A DNA stretch of 46,489 nucleotides from Convolutriloba macropyga (taxonomy: Eukaryota): positions 70,866,001 through 70,912,489 of the forward strand of contig NC_134472.1 in assembly GCF_964194025.1 (NCBI RefSeq). The letters are read 5' to 3'. The notes under the pieces are model-generated. The model ran no database searches. It was given only the letters and a program-made list of their open reading frames with translations, and was not told where the DNA came from. How positions within the stretch are numbered: position 1 is the stretch's first letter; each line of letters begins with the position of its first letter. Shown here one piece after another: positions 27,201 to 39,065 of this stretch. The position numbers were made by a program, and so were the translations under genes.

Positions 27201-28860
27201 CTATGAAGGGTGACAGTTTGGTGATGTTCAATAGTTTGGAGATTTCTTTACTCCTTGCTATCGACATTGAAACATTCGGGAAGCTTTCGGTTTGAACAAA
27301 TCAAAACAGTATTTGTGCTGCTTTATGGATTTCGTCTGCTTTGAGGGGTCCTCTCTGCTTGACCGTAAACCTCATTTAGTAGGCAATGAAGTTTCTAATT
27401 CTGTTGACGGTACTGTATCGTCTCCAGTCAATTAGTTGGTCTAGTTCAGTTTCTGTGGCTACACTACTAGTAACTTGCTCAGCTTCAGCTTCGTTCACTT
27501 GGCACCACAGCTTTCGCCACTTTTATTCATCTGTCTGGAGCCATGCCGGCCCGTTTAACCACCTGAACTCCTTGAGACCTTCGATGGACATCACTTTTGA
27601 GCCAATATCTGCTGGGTTTTCGATGCCTTTGAAATGTCTCCATTGATTCATGGAAGAGTTTTCCAGTTTTTCTGCTGCCCTGTTGGCAACAAACACTTGC
27701 TGTTTCTTTTGAGCTGACTGTAACTACTGTAAGAGTGTTGATGAATCGGTCCAGTGATAAATTTTGTTAATACTGACATCATGTTCCCTCAAAATCTGCC
27801 TCCTGAGACGAACTCCGTAGACTGTGGCTTGAAGTTCTAACTTCGGAATCGTCGTGTGTCTGATAGGTGCTACACGGCATTTTCCTATTACGTAGGTGAA
27901 TTTCAACGTTGCTTCGTCCTGCAGATATGCCACGATGCACATCGCTTGTTCTGAAGCGTCTGTGGAAATGTGTAGTCTCAAATTTGTACAACCATTTTCA
28001 AAACAAAGTCGATTCATCGACATCATCCTTATTTCTCTCAACTCAGAGCACCAATCACTGAATAGTTTAGGTGTTCTGCTGACAAGTCTTTGTCCTATGC
28101 TTGTCCCATTGTTGCCCAAATGCTTTTGAGTAGAAACCGCAATTTTACCGTGAAGGGTGAGCATATCCCAATTGGGTCGAACATTGCTGAGACAAAAGAT
28201 AGGACAAATCTCTGAGTTACTTTTTCTGGAACTTCTTGCTCATTTCCACGACAGACTATGAGACCATCTGTGTCTATATTCCAGTTCAGTCCAAGTATTG
28301 AGGATGAGTGTGGCTCAGCCTTGAACGTTTTTACAACTTTCGTTGATCTGTCTGGGATTTGTGACTTGACTTCTTCGTCAGTCGTTATCCATTTTGTCAA
28401 ATTGAATCCACCTTTGCTGAGGATCTCTCTGATTTTCTGGTGTGTTGCAAACTCTTCTAAGTTTCTTGAGTTTGTGAGGGTTGATGACAGGATGATGTGG
28501 CAACTACCATTGAAGCTTGTCTCTGGTTTCGTTCAGTTCAACTTGTTGGACTTTGCAGACATAACCAGCTTTGACGTCAGTGTCAATGGTTTCCTGGGAA
28601 CGTTTTCGCAATATATCATCTTTCTCTAGGCGTCAGTCTAAGGGCATGGGTTGCCCCAGAGCAGAGTAGAAGTTATTTGGTAACTTCACTTCCTCTTCTC
28701 GCCATAGAAGTCCAACTTCGTATCTTTCACCTGTGAATCGAGTTGTTTGCTCCAATGTCTTGATCGCTCGTTGCTCGTCTTTTGAAAGTCCGGTGACATC
28801 ACAGTTTGAGACATAGAACTCGATATCCCAGTACTTACTCAACTGGTTGGCTACTTTATC
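27200..28860 (-). pseudogene. BEL/Pao RT flanks and RNase H (RT core deleted)
   Basis: RYEVGLLW, LPHHPV, RRVCN joined directly to GGFNLTKW; then ILGLNW, FDPIG, TDASEQA, GKCRVAP, TIPKLELQA, WTDS. Confidence 0.9.
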
Positions 28861-31800
28861 ATCTGCAATGGATTTTGCTGTTGTGGCAAGAGCTGCTGCC
28901 TGTTTCGCTGGTAGCAGACCACGTAAGGCCCATTCTATTTACGATTTCACTGCCCATGGTGCAGTTTTGTCGTTTGACTTCTTGAATTCTAATGGGTGAT
29001 GGATGTTGTAGCAGTCTGGTGCAAGAATTTCTTGAACTTCGTTTAGATTGTAGCTCTTATTTGGCAAGTTCTTCAGATGGAAGTCTGATTTGGAAGTCTG
29101 GTCACCCAACTTCAGTTTCTCGAGAACATAGAATTGCACTGTTGTCAATGGTTGAGACTTCTTGTGCGTTGAAACCACTATCGACACTATTTCCGTCTTG
29201 ACATCTTGTGATTCTTGGATTCCTGCTACTCACAAAGATGCTTTTCGGCCTTGCAGCTGCAGTGTAGATACAATTGACCTGTCCACGAATGAGATTGAGG
29301 ATCTCGTATTACACATTGCCAGCACGCTCAGGCTGTGGTTTCCAATCATCAGTTTTACACGCACTACAGGGATTCCTACTTGTGCGATCATTGTTGCTAC
29401 TGCTGTCGTAGCATCTGAGGCACTTGTTGTAGCCTCCTTCTTTGAGAAGTCAGTGTGCTAAAGTTTGTTGCGCAAAATTTTGTTGTCGTTCACATTTGAG
29501 CACGCTGCAAGTTCTGTTTTTGCAATCCTTTGTTTGAACGATGACCACGTCTCAGGAAAATGAAACACAGTCTGAACTTCTGCACATGTTCTCGTCGTTC
29601 ATTCAGCTTCCTTGATTTGAATTTCTGGCAACTCCAGATTGCGTGCTGTCTATTTTGAACGTACATAGAATCATCAACATTGGATGCAAAAGTATTAGTT
29701 TGCTGTTTCTCACCGTTTTGAAGCTTAGGGTTTGTTTGGGCTAACAAGTCTTCAAGTATGGAAGCAGTTGATTCTAACCATTCTTTGAAAACAATCGAGA
29801 TTGCTGCTAGTGGTCGATGATCCTGTAGATGTCGTACCCACTGCTCTTTAAACTGAGAGGAAAGTTTACTGGTTGCTGAACTCAAAACTCTCCCCAACTC
29901 CAAATCATGCTGAAATCCGAATCGAGTCAAAACGTTAACTCTGTATGTGACTATGTTTGAAAATCGAAAAATGCTACTGGAATCATCGTGTCTAACTGGA
30001 GTATGTGTGTATGTCTTCTTGAGTTGAGATTCAGCAATGACTCTCGGTCTGCCGAAATTTTTGCAGAGAATGTTGCAGGCTTGATAGTATGACTTTGAGT
30101 TGAAACCCAGTCCAGAAATTGCAGCTTTCGCCCGACCAGTGAAGCTAATCATCAGATACTGCATCTTCTCAGTATCGCTCCGCCGCTTTTGATGCACAAT
30201 GACATCTAAAAGATCTGCCCATTCGGGCCACTCCAATGGGTCTCTTGAGAATTCCGTTAGCTTTGTTCCGATTTCTCGCAATCCTCTTGGGTCACCACTC
30301 GGTTGGTAAATTACTTGTGGGATAGCTTGGCTCACTGTTGATTGCTTTTGGCTTTCCATCGATCTGCTGCGAGAATTGTGCTTGGGACTCTGGCTTGTCT
30401 GCCTGTTTTGGAACGCTGACGGTCCTTGTTGCTGGAAGGTCGTCTTGGGCAAAAACGTATGTGGTTCTGTCACCGTAATTGATTTAGGGATTTCTGGTTT
30501 CTTGAGAATACTCGAATCTTGCAGTTGTGCTGAGAAAAGTCCTGCACCTGGTTGGAACAACGGTGTAGTATTCGGGTAGGAGCTGAAACGTTTGTCACCC
30601 CTGTCCTGTGTGACATTCTCAGGAGGTTCGATCACAACATTGGGAGATAGTGGTCGACTAGGGACAGAATGTTGGGCCACTCAGTTTGCCCAGCCTGCAG
30701 TTCTTTCAAGATTGCGTCTTGATCCAACACTTTCTAAGTCGTCTACCTGTGAGCCAGATACTCTTGAACTTCCTTTTGTCAGTTCAATTTCCATGCGCCT
30801 TTGCTCTTCGTCGTCTTCAGCTTTATTTCTTTCGTTTTCGAGCTCTCGTTCATGTTGTCGCAAACGTAGCTCGTCTTCTTGTTGTTGTAACTTCAGACGT
30901 AATTCCTGTTCTTGTGGTTCCTTTCGTCGACGTAGTTTGATTTCTTCACGCTTCTGTTCTAACTATATTTGCCGCTCTTGCAGTTGTTGCTCTGTCTCTT
31001 TCTTAGCTCTTAGGTTTTCTAGCTCCATTTCTTCAATCTGTCGTCTTCTCGATGATCGCGAGTTGGCGATACTGGGTTTTTTTTCTGCTTCCTTGTGTAG
31101 CAGAATGCCTTAAAGAGACCTCGATGTTCTCTTCAGTGTTCTCTGCTGCTCCATTTCCTGTATCAATTATGGTCTCGTTTGGGTCTTTATCACCAGCCGA
31201 TAAGGATGACACTAATGATGTTTGGTTTCCACAATCCTTGCTCTGCCCGTACTGCTCGATCAGGTCTCGATAGTGACTCCTAAAATTGCTGAAATCCACA
31301 AGTTCTCGGGAGCGATATTCTTGCTTTATCGTTTGAATTGATTCTGCGTAGATTTCATCTAGTTTTTCGACTAACCGTTCCACCTGATTACACAATGTCT
31401 TTTTGGAGTCCCTTAAGTTTTCAGTTTTTAACTTCTGCTCCAAACTTGATAGTTCACTCTCAATTTAGTGAGCAGCTTTCACTGTTTTGTATGCTCGAAA
31501 TGTGTCTTCACAATAATCGACGAATTCTGTGCAAAACCTCTCATTGTCTCGGAGAAATGGTATTTCGTCAACTACCTATCTCAAATCTTTGCTCTTTTCT
31601 TCTAACATACGCTTGGTGTCATTGTCGAACGAACGCTTCTGAATACTTTTGTTTTAATAGTGATCTTTGCTGTTTTTTGTTGGCGGCTAACTTGTCGTAC
31701 GTCTCGAGGAAGACTTGATATGCACTGTTGGCTGTCATTGTTTTGTTTTGTGTCAAGTAGGCTTCTTGCTCGGTGAGGCGTCTGGAGAATTTGAATAGGT

Positions 31801-31890
31801 CAGCTTCCTCCTTCTCTAACGTCTTGAGTTGACCACCCGTCTTCTAATCAATTGTTTTCAATTGTCTACTGGGACTTTTGCTGGCCATCG
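28860..31890 (-). pseudogene. BEL/Pao gag and aspartic protease (disrupted)
   Basis: Coiled-coil N-terminus; FSRDPLEWPEW...EKMQYL...GRAKAAI gag core; decayed Cys/His knuckles (HAIWSC, CF..LRRGH); protease site decayed to LAMCNTRSS near 29300. Confidence 0.85.
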
Positions 31891-31955
31891 TAGAGATTTT
31901 GTTCTGGTCCAACACAATGAATCGAAGATTCGTTGCTGATCGCGTTGTTGTTGAT

Positions 31956-31973
31956 GTCCGGGTCGGCGTGCCA
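31956..31973 (-). promoter_or_regulatory. Primer binding site of the BEL/Pao element
   Basis: TGGCACGCCGACCCGGAC begins 2 nt after the LTR-terminal CAACA on the - strand; tRNA identity unresolved. Confidence 0.8.
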
Positions 31974-31975
31974 AA

Positions 31976-32968
31976 TGTTGCAGCTGCTCCAAAGTCCCAG
32001 CAGAACCGATATATCACAGCCTGGTTCTCGAGTTTTACGCCGGCTTGGTTTTTCACAGGGTTCGATTGACTAACAACCTCGCAGAAATAATTAGTAGCTC
32101 GGACGTAATAAAGGACTGTAACTTTAATTTTGTTGATTGAAGTTAAGAAAATCCTTAATGATAATCTATGTTCAATCTCGTGAAGTTTGTAAGCCTTCAA
32201 CCAGTATTAGTAATGTTGCCAGCTTCTCGTTAAGTAGGCTCAACTAACTTAAAACTCGCAAGGTTTTAAGATCTAGCAAAATTTAGCAAAAAAGACTAAA
32301 GTTGCTAAAGAATCAAATTTTAGTCAATTTGAGAGCCAACTGCTCTGTATAACAGTTTCTAGTTTCTAATGGCTCTAAATACAATTCGGTTTCAGTAAAC
32401 AAACAATTCTTTTAAATTAAATAAGCAAATTTTTATCATTTATAACATCATTGCTACTTGTTTCTGATTGGTTAATCAAGAAAATGATTAAGGTCATTAT
32501 TTACATAGTAATTGTCAAATTACTGCAATGCTTGCTTTTGTTGACAAAAGCACTGATGGTTATTACGTAGCTCTAAATGCCTCGAATATACGATATTTGA
32601 CCTTTGATGATCACCTAAAGTATCATAAAGTAAACAACTTAAGAAATTTAACAATAAATGACAAAATATTGAAAAATGCCAATTTTGCACAATATAAGTG
32701 GTAATAATCGCACTTGTGGGTCTGATTTGATAACGTTTGTCGGGTACGTGAGTAGCTTAGAGGTAACCCTAACCGTAAGCCATATCCTCGGATTTTTGGG
32801 TTTCCCTTCCAAAAATTCGGGGGTGTGTACAAAATTTCTGTCTCAACTTGTAAAATATTTCAATTTTGACCGTTTTTGAGTTTTGACGAATTCTAAGTTT
32901 TTTTCAGTTTCGAAGGTTATTTCTCGCTGTCTGATGGCTTTTCTAGCTGAATTGAAATGGCGCCAACA
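31976..32968 (-). repeat. BEL/Pao LTR (993 bp): 5' LTR of the main copy and 3' LTR of a truncated tandem copy
   Basis: TGTTG...CAACA termini; PBS on one side, integrase end on the other. Confidence 0.95.
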
Positions 32969-33380
32969 TCACCGGGCCTGTTTTCGATCTCGGAAACACC
33001 ATCGTAAAATACTGGCGCTAACTTCACGACTGGCCGGTTTAGCTCTCCATGTGCCATTTTGGCTCTCGCTGATCTCACAACACCATCGTTTCCAATGAAG
33101 ATCTCAATGAGTTGTCCCCGTTTGTACTCACAACGTTTCACAGAGTCATCTACTAGCCACACTAACTCGCCTTCTTTCAGGTTTCGCACACGTTCTTTTT
33201 ACCACTTCGATCTTTGGTTCCATTGTGGAAGGTTTTCGCGAGTCCATCTTTTCCAGATCATTTCAGCATATGCTTGAGCCGTTTGGAATATTTTTTGAGG
33301 TCATGGTAGCGTTCACTGGCATGAATGGTGCACTCGCGTTCTCTCGTCCTAGCAAGAACTGATTTGGCGTGAGTGCTGTC
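32969..33380 (-). mobile_element. 3' end (integrase C-terminus) of a second BEL/Pao copy
   Basis: Paralogous to ~25971-26376; encodes LKEGELVWLVDDSVKRCEYKRG...RPVVKLAPV. Confidence 0.93.
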
Positions 33381-33382
33381 TA

Positions 33383-33613
33383 GTGACATTTATGGCATTG
33401 ATAATGAGCATTGAGGATAATTACATTGGGTATACTGGCATTGGGTATAATGACATTGGGTATGCTGGCATTGGGTATAGTGACATTGGGTATGCTGGCA
33501 TTGGGTATAATAACATTGGATATAATGAAATTGGGTATAATAAGATTGGGTATGCTGGCATTGGGTATAATAACATTGGGCATAATGGAGTTGGGTAAAA
33601 TGCCCTGACACCG
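33383..33613. repeat. 15-bp minisatellite (core CATTGGGTAT), partly 30-bp dimeric; probable end of a non-autonomous DNA transposon
   Basis: About a dozen units alternating GGCATTGGGTATAAT and GACATTGGGTATGCT, closing with GCCCTGACACCG. Confidence 0.85.
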
Positions 33614-34109
33614 ATTTACCAAATATTACTAGGTTTATGGATGTCATTTGACAAAACAGCCATTTGGTGACTTGGACGACGAATTAGAAGACACCATTTC
33701 CAAAAAAGAGGCTCCCAAATAAACACCAGAACAAACTGTCGATTAACTTTTTGGTAGGAGGCGCTGGATTGACATGATACATAATACTACGTTTTAGACT
33801 TTTTCCCTGGTCAACTGCATCTTTATTAACCTGCCGCGAAATGCCCAACTTTTTCTTTCTATGAGAGCGGCCCCTTGATAAAAGTGTGCTTTAAAACGCA
33901 ATTGAAGCCCGTGTTCACCGAAATGTTTGTCAAAACAAATGCTTGTGCCTGGTTCTTCAAATAGGGATCCCAGGCCGTTTGTTCGAAGTAAGAGCTGCTC
34001 AAGGGTTGAACTTCCGACGCAACCTTTTAGTGATATAATAATTCCAAAATTTCAATATGAACATTTATTTTTCTTGCATAAATGTGAAGGAAAAAGTTTG
34101 TACATCAAG

Positions 34110-34248
34110 GAATGGGTGCTATGCCTCGACATCCTGCCATGATGAATGGAGGAGGAGGTGGGGGTGTTGCCAACATGAGTATGATGCCTATGCAGAGTGC
34201 TAACTTCAGGGCGGGAGATACTTCCATGGTCAACAGATTCCCAACAAG
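34110..34248 (+). CDS. Exon of the host gene (GMGAMPRHPAMMNGGGGGGVANMSMMPMQSANFRAGDTSMVNRFPT)
   Basis: GC-rich open frame, Gly/Met-rich like the 46086 exon; weak CATCAAG acceptor (phase 1) and AAG|GTTACT donor (phase 2). Confidence 0.72.
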
Positions 34249-35136
34249 GTTACTTATTCACGCCTGAATGCATACATTCGATGTCTGAGTGGTATGTGTA
34301 TATTTAAACAGGTTCAGAAAATTGTCTTGTGTTTGTTAATGATACCAGCCAATGGAAGCATCGACAATTGATTTTGGTGTTGTCCTAATGTTAAGAAATG
34401 AATGATTAACGTTAACCTTATAACAGTGCTCTAGTAAGTTGGTAATCTCAGCTTACTTCTGTTTGAAAGCATCATTACGGAGTCAAAGTTTTTGTAATAC
34501 AGCGATTTCTTTAGGAGCTAGGAGCTGTTGCTCAATGGCATCTATAAGATTGCAAAAAATGATAACATTTCATGGCAACGGATAGATGTTCGTTGCGCTT
34601 TTAATCAAAAGTTGATTTAAAAATGCTGAAAAAATGCGTTTTACAGAATTTAAAGAAGACAGATAACAGAGCGAGACTTATTCGGCCTTATTTTTCATTT
34701 TTTAAATTCTGCTAGCCCGAGTTGAAATTTCTTTCATACAAGGATCATATATGGTTTCATACTGTCCATATTTGTTTTCTTAATACGATCTTAGTATCAA
34801 TACCAAGAATCATTCATTATTTTTATTGATAAAACATCACTTATATGATTCCCCGGCATCACTTAGTGATCCGCCAAAAACACTGCTGTGCATAACGTAT
34901 TGCAAAATTGGTTGTTAGAGACCAAGTCATTTTATAAGACTAAAGTTTTCGTATTCCTTTGTATACCTATAAAAGCCAATTTATTCCTATAAATGATTAT
35001 TTTTAGAAAAATGCTATTTGTTTTGGATCTAAGTTTTATTTTCATTTCTAAATACGTATTAAATCTGAAGTTACTTTTAGTACAGCCAAATAGTAAAATG
35101 TGGGCTGCATAAACCATATAATAAATTTAATTGCCC

Positions 35137-35679
35137 TGTAGAAATTGAAACTTATAGGAAAACGAAAGTTAAAGAAATTTGAACTAACCTTTAAATTTTC
35201 TCGATGAACCGTATGAACGGAAATCGAAATTAGACCAAAGAGAAACGTAGTTATTTGTACAGATCAAGATTAGAGTTGTGATTTGATTCTCTGAAACTAA
35301 GTTGGTACCAAATTTGAGAGAAAGATATTATTCGGACCTGATAATCTTACTAGACGAAACACCTTGAAGGTATACTAAAATTATTATTCAAAGATTTAGG
35401 CATGAACACTTGAACTGGAACGCATTTTTCGGACCTTTCATAATACGTACGGATATACAAAACCCTTAGAAATCAGGCCACAGTTGGGGCCCGTAAAGAG
35501 TATTTCCCCAAACGATTAGGCTAAATTAAGACCGCAAGACTCAATTATCTCAAGTTATGAAAAGATAAGCTAGAACAAACACGGCTAATTTTTGAGTCTT
35601 TTTCTTAACTCAATTTCCTGATTCTAAATTCAAAAATTTTCTACAAATTGTTGGGATTTGATTAGGGAAATTCCCGACA
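35137..35679 (+). repeat. Putative 5' LTR of the Gypsy element
   Basis: Starts TGTAGAA and ends CCCGACA one base before the PBS; 35640-35669 is identical to 44931-44960. Confidence 0.65.
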
Positions 35680-35680
35680 T

Positions 35681-35698
35681 TGGCGACCACAGATGGAT
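35681..35698 (+). promoter_or_regulatory. Primer binding site of the Gypsy element
   Basis: TGGCGACCACAGATGGAT follows the terminal CA; complementary to a tRNA ending GUGGUCGCCA, compatible with an Arg tRNA (not verified). Confidence 0.85.
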
Positions 35699-36133
35699 TT
35701 ATTGTTAGAAAAAGTCACAGGCATTACTGTAAAAACTAGCGGAAAAAGGGGAATACTTAGATAGAAAACAAAGAACGCGAGCAGGGCTCATGTACCGTCA
35801 GTGAAACTTCAAAAAAAACTTTGAACAAAAAAGAAGAGATTTTTTACGAAACAATAGAGAAGAAAGACCGATCATTATCAAAGTAGCTTACAGCAGGACC
35901 GTATAAATCAAAACTGATTGCTAATTGGAACAAAATTTAAAAGAAAGTACTTAGAAGTACTGCTAATCCAAATTGTTATTTTATAGTTTTTAGATTCTGT
36001 TTCTTTGTCTTTTTTGTAAAATCAAAAAATCAATGACAGGGGGGTTCTTGAGACAAAAAAATCAAAAGCCTTAAAGTAAAATACTTTTTTTAGGAAGAAA
36101 CCAAATAACGTTTCTTACGTGAACACAATACAA

Positions 36134-37050
36134 ATGGCAAACGCAAACAACAACGCCCAGCAGCAAATCGTAGTGGCTGCTCCACCTTTAACTCCCTTAC
36201 GTTATCCGAGCAGAGATTTCGACTGCTTCAAGCGATAGACACGCCATTTCTAAGCAATGTCTCAGGCATGACGCGAGGCGGCGAGCGGTCCTCCCCATTT
36301 GCTTGAACAACTACGCACTTGACGAGTACTACAACCTCCCGAATCAGTACTTCAATCAAGTACAAGGACAACCAGCCCCATTGATCGAGCGTGTGCTCAA
36401 TGCCCTCAACAACCGAATTAGAGATTTTCCTAATGCGAGGAGTGCCAGAACTGAGTTCAAGAACCTCCAGCAAAATGAAGGGGAGAACATACAAGAGTTC
36501 TCACGAAGAGTCCGAAAACTGGGCGAAGCAGCAAACGCCCATTTGAATGCATCCGGAAGGCAAGAAGCAAATAATGACGCTTTTTTGAAAGATCATTGGA
36601 CAGTGAGATACGATAAAATCTCCTCAAAGAAGATCTGGATACTTTCAATGTATCCGCGCAAAGAACCATAGAACTCGAAGCAATTTCGAAAAATGAGAAC
36701 GCCCGATACCGACCAAGACGGACAGGACACGTGATTTGGACGCAAGGCTGCGACAAAGAAAATGGGAGTAAAACCGAAATCCGAGATATATCGACGAATG
36801 TGGGCATGGGACTCAGGGACTTGATGGAAAATCAGATCAGGAGTTTCAACAAATTGTTGGAACAGCAGAATCCTCACACGAAAATCATGGAAAAGATTCT
36901 AGATACACAGAGCCTGTTTTTAACAGAAATTGCTCCAGCCCCTAGAGCGTCGCGCAGACCTGCCAGAGTTGATCGGAACAGAAACGTACCATGATATCTT
37001 GGTCAGGACTGGGGGCACTTTGCGAGTCGATGCCCGAAACGAAGCACTAC
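36134..37050 (+). pseudogene. Gypsy gag (disrupted)
   Basis: ATG at 36134 (MANANNNAQQQ); capsid-like FKNLQQNEGENIQEFSRRVRKL; decayed knuckle GHFASRCPK. Confidence 0.85.
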
Positions 37051-37099
37051 CCCAAAAAGACAACAAGATAGAAACGTCGAAACACAGCCAGTTGTTAAG

Positions 37100-39065
37100 A
37101 TGATCATGCAGAGAACAAAACGACATGAGATCTTTAACAGTGCAAGTATCGAGAATTCTAGTGGTATTTTTGGATCTACTGTTTATGTTGATGCAAAACT
37201 GAACGGAAAGATGCACAGGGCACTGCTCGACACAGGCAGTATTGTGAATATTATACTGAACAAACATACAAACTTTATTCAACACCAATGTTACTGTCTG
37301 ACTTCCACGATACAGTCTTATCTGCAACAAACGACCCGTTACGTATTCTAGGAAAGTTCGCCGGAATTCTTGCATTCGGTCCGGGAACGGTTGTTCAGAC
37401 GGAATTTCTTGTCACCCCGGACACAGACGTACCGTTGATCTTAGGGACACCTATATTGCAAGAAAATCAAATGTCGATTGACTTTCAGTCACCGCAACAA
37501 ATGATGGGCACAGAAAGCAGTACAGTCAATTTGAAAGTTCTCTGGAAAACAGAAAATCCGGACAAGTCAAGGCGTGCGGCGCGGAGATTGCGTTTCAATA
37601 CCACAGACCTGGAGAAATAGAAACAAACAATTGTCCCATGCCAGCATCAGAGGACGAGGTGGAACAAATTTGCAACCAGGTGAAATCAGACTCGACAGAC
37701 AACGAAACTGGAATTAAGATAATGAGTACCGTTGCCACTTTTTGGGATGTTTTTGCCCTAAACGATGCAGAGTTGGGTCAGACACGTTTAGTGGAGCACG
37801 AAATTGATACTGTAGACGCTGGCCCAATTAAACTTTCTCCCTATCGATTAGCACCCGGGAAGATGGCAGTTGTGAAACAGGAATTAGACGATATGCTCTC
37901 CAGGAATATCATCCGGCCATTTAAAAGCCCGTACAGTGCGCCAATTGTACTTGTAACAAAGAAAGACGGCAGCAATATATTGTGTGTAGACTTTACGAAA
38001 CTCAACGAGGTAGCTAGAAAAGATGCTTTCCATTACCCAGAATCGATCAAGTCCTTGATCATCTTCACGGAGCTAAAGTTTTCTCGAGCCCTGATTTAGC
38101 CTCCGGATACTGGCAGGTCCCACTAGCAGAGTCAGCGATACCAAAAACTGCATTCGTTACCCCTGACGTTGGTCATTACGAGTTCCTGCGACTACCATTT
38201 GGACTGTGCAATGCCCCAGGCACAATTCAACTGTTTGATGACAGCAATCTTTAACGAGTACTTAGTCAGTTTTGTTCTCATATTTCTGGACGATTTTCTA
38301 GTCTTCAGCAAGTCAGAGGAAGAACACGAAAAACATCACCGAATTGTGTTTGAAGCCCTTTGGAAAGCAAACTTGAAACTTAAGCCAAAGAAGTGCAAAT
38401 TATACCAAAACTCAATTTTGTACTTGGGGTACAAACTCACTGCCGAAGAAATTTCACCCGATGAGGGAATAATCAGAGCCCTGAAAGAGTGGAAAAGACC
38501 GGAAAAATTACAGAAGTGAAATCGTTCATTGGATTCTGCAGTTACTATCGTCGATTCGTAATGGACTTTGCCGGCATAGAAAAACCACTACATGAGATCA
38601 CGAAGAAGAACCGGAGATTCACCTGGACACCAGATTCTCAAGCTGCTTTCGAGATTCTGAAAAGAGCAATGATCGAGAGCACGGTTTTGTCGAATCCAGA
38701 CTGCAGCTCAGCTTTCGTGCTAAATACAGACGAAAGTGACAACAGTTTGGGAGCAGTACTCTCGAATGTCATAGATGGGGTTGAGTATCCAGTGGCGTTT
38801 GCAAGCAGATTGCTACAACAATCAGAATGTAAATATTCAACAACGAAGCGGGAGGCACTAGCTGTAATTCAGGCAATGAAGTGGTACAAAACATTCCTAT
38901 GGGGTACAAACTTTGTGTTCAGAACAGACCATGCTTCACTTAAATGGCTGTTCAGGCAAAATAACGATAGAATGATTTCGAATGTTACAACGGCTTCAAG
39001 AATTTGACTTCCAGGTAATTCAACGTCCTGGTGAGAAACATGGAAACGCAGATGGATTTTCACGA
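37100..39065 (+). pseudogene. Gypsy protease, reverse transcriptase and RNase H (frameshifted)
   Basis: ALLDTGS; [45 protein letters not shown]; TDESD..LGAVL, ASRLL, REALAV, TDHASL, NADGFSR. Confidence 0.95.

Larger units (their letters stand above)
24976..32968 (-). mobile_element. BEL/Pao LTR retrotransposon, defective
   Basis: Two ~1 kb LTRs flank gag-PR-(RT)-RH-IN with BEL-type motifs; PBS next to the 5' LTR. Confidence 0.95.

Noticed and set aside
30592-31113. 173-aa Ser/Cys-rich ORF on +, and similar ORFs antisense to the Gypsy pol
   Set aside because: Antisense shadows of retroelement gag/pol frames.
33380-33647. Pentapeptide-repeat ORFs in four frames (IIPNASIPN, IGYAGIGYN, YTQCQH)
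   Set aside because: They are a by-product of a 15-bp minisatellite whose unit is a multiple of 3; there are no splice or start signals, and it abuts a TE breakpoint.
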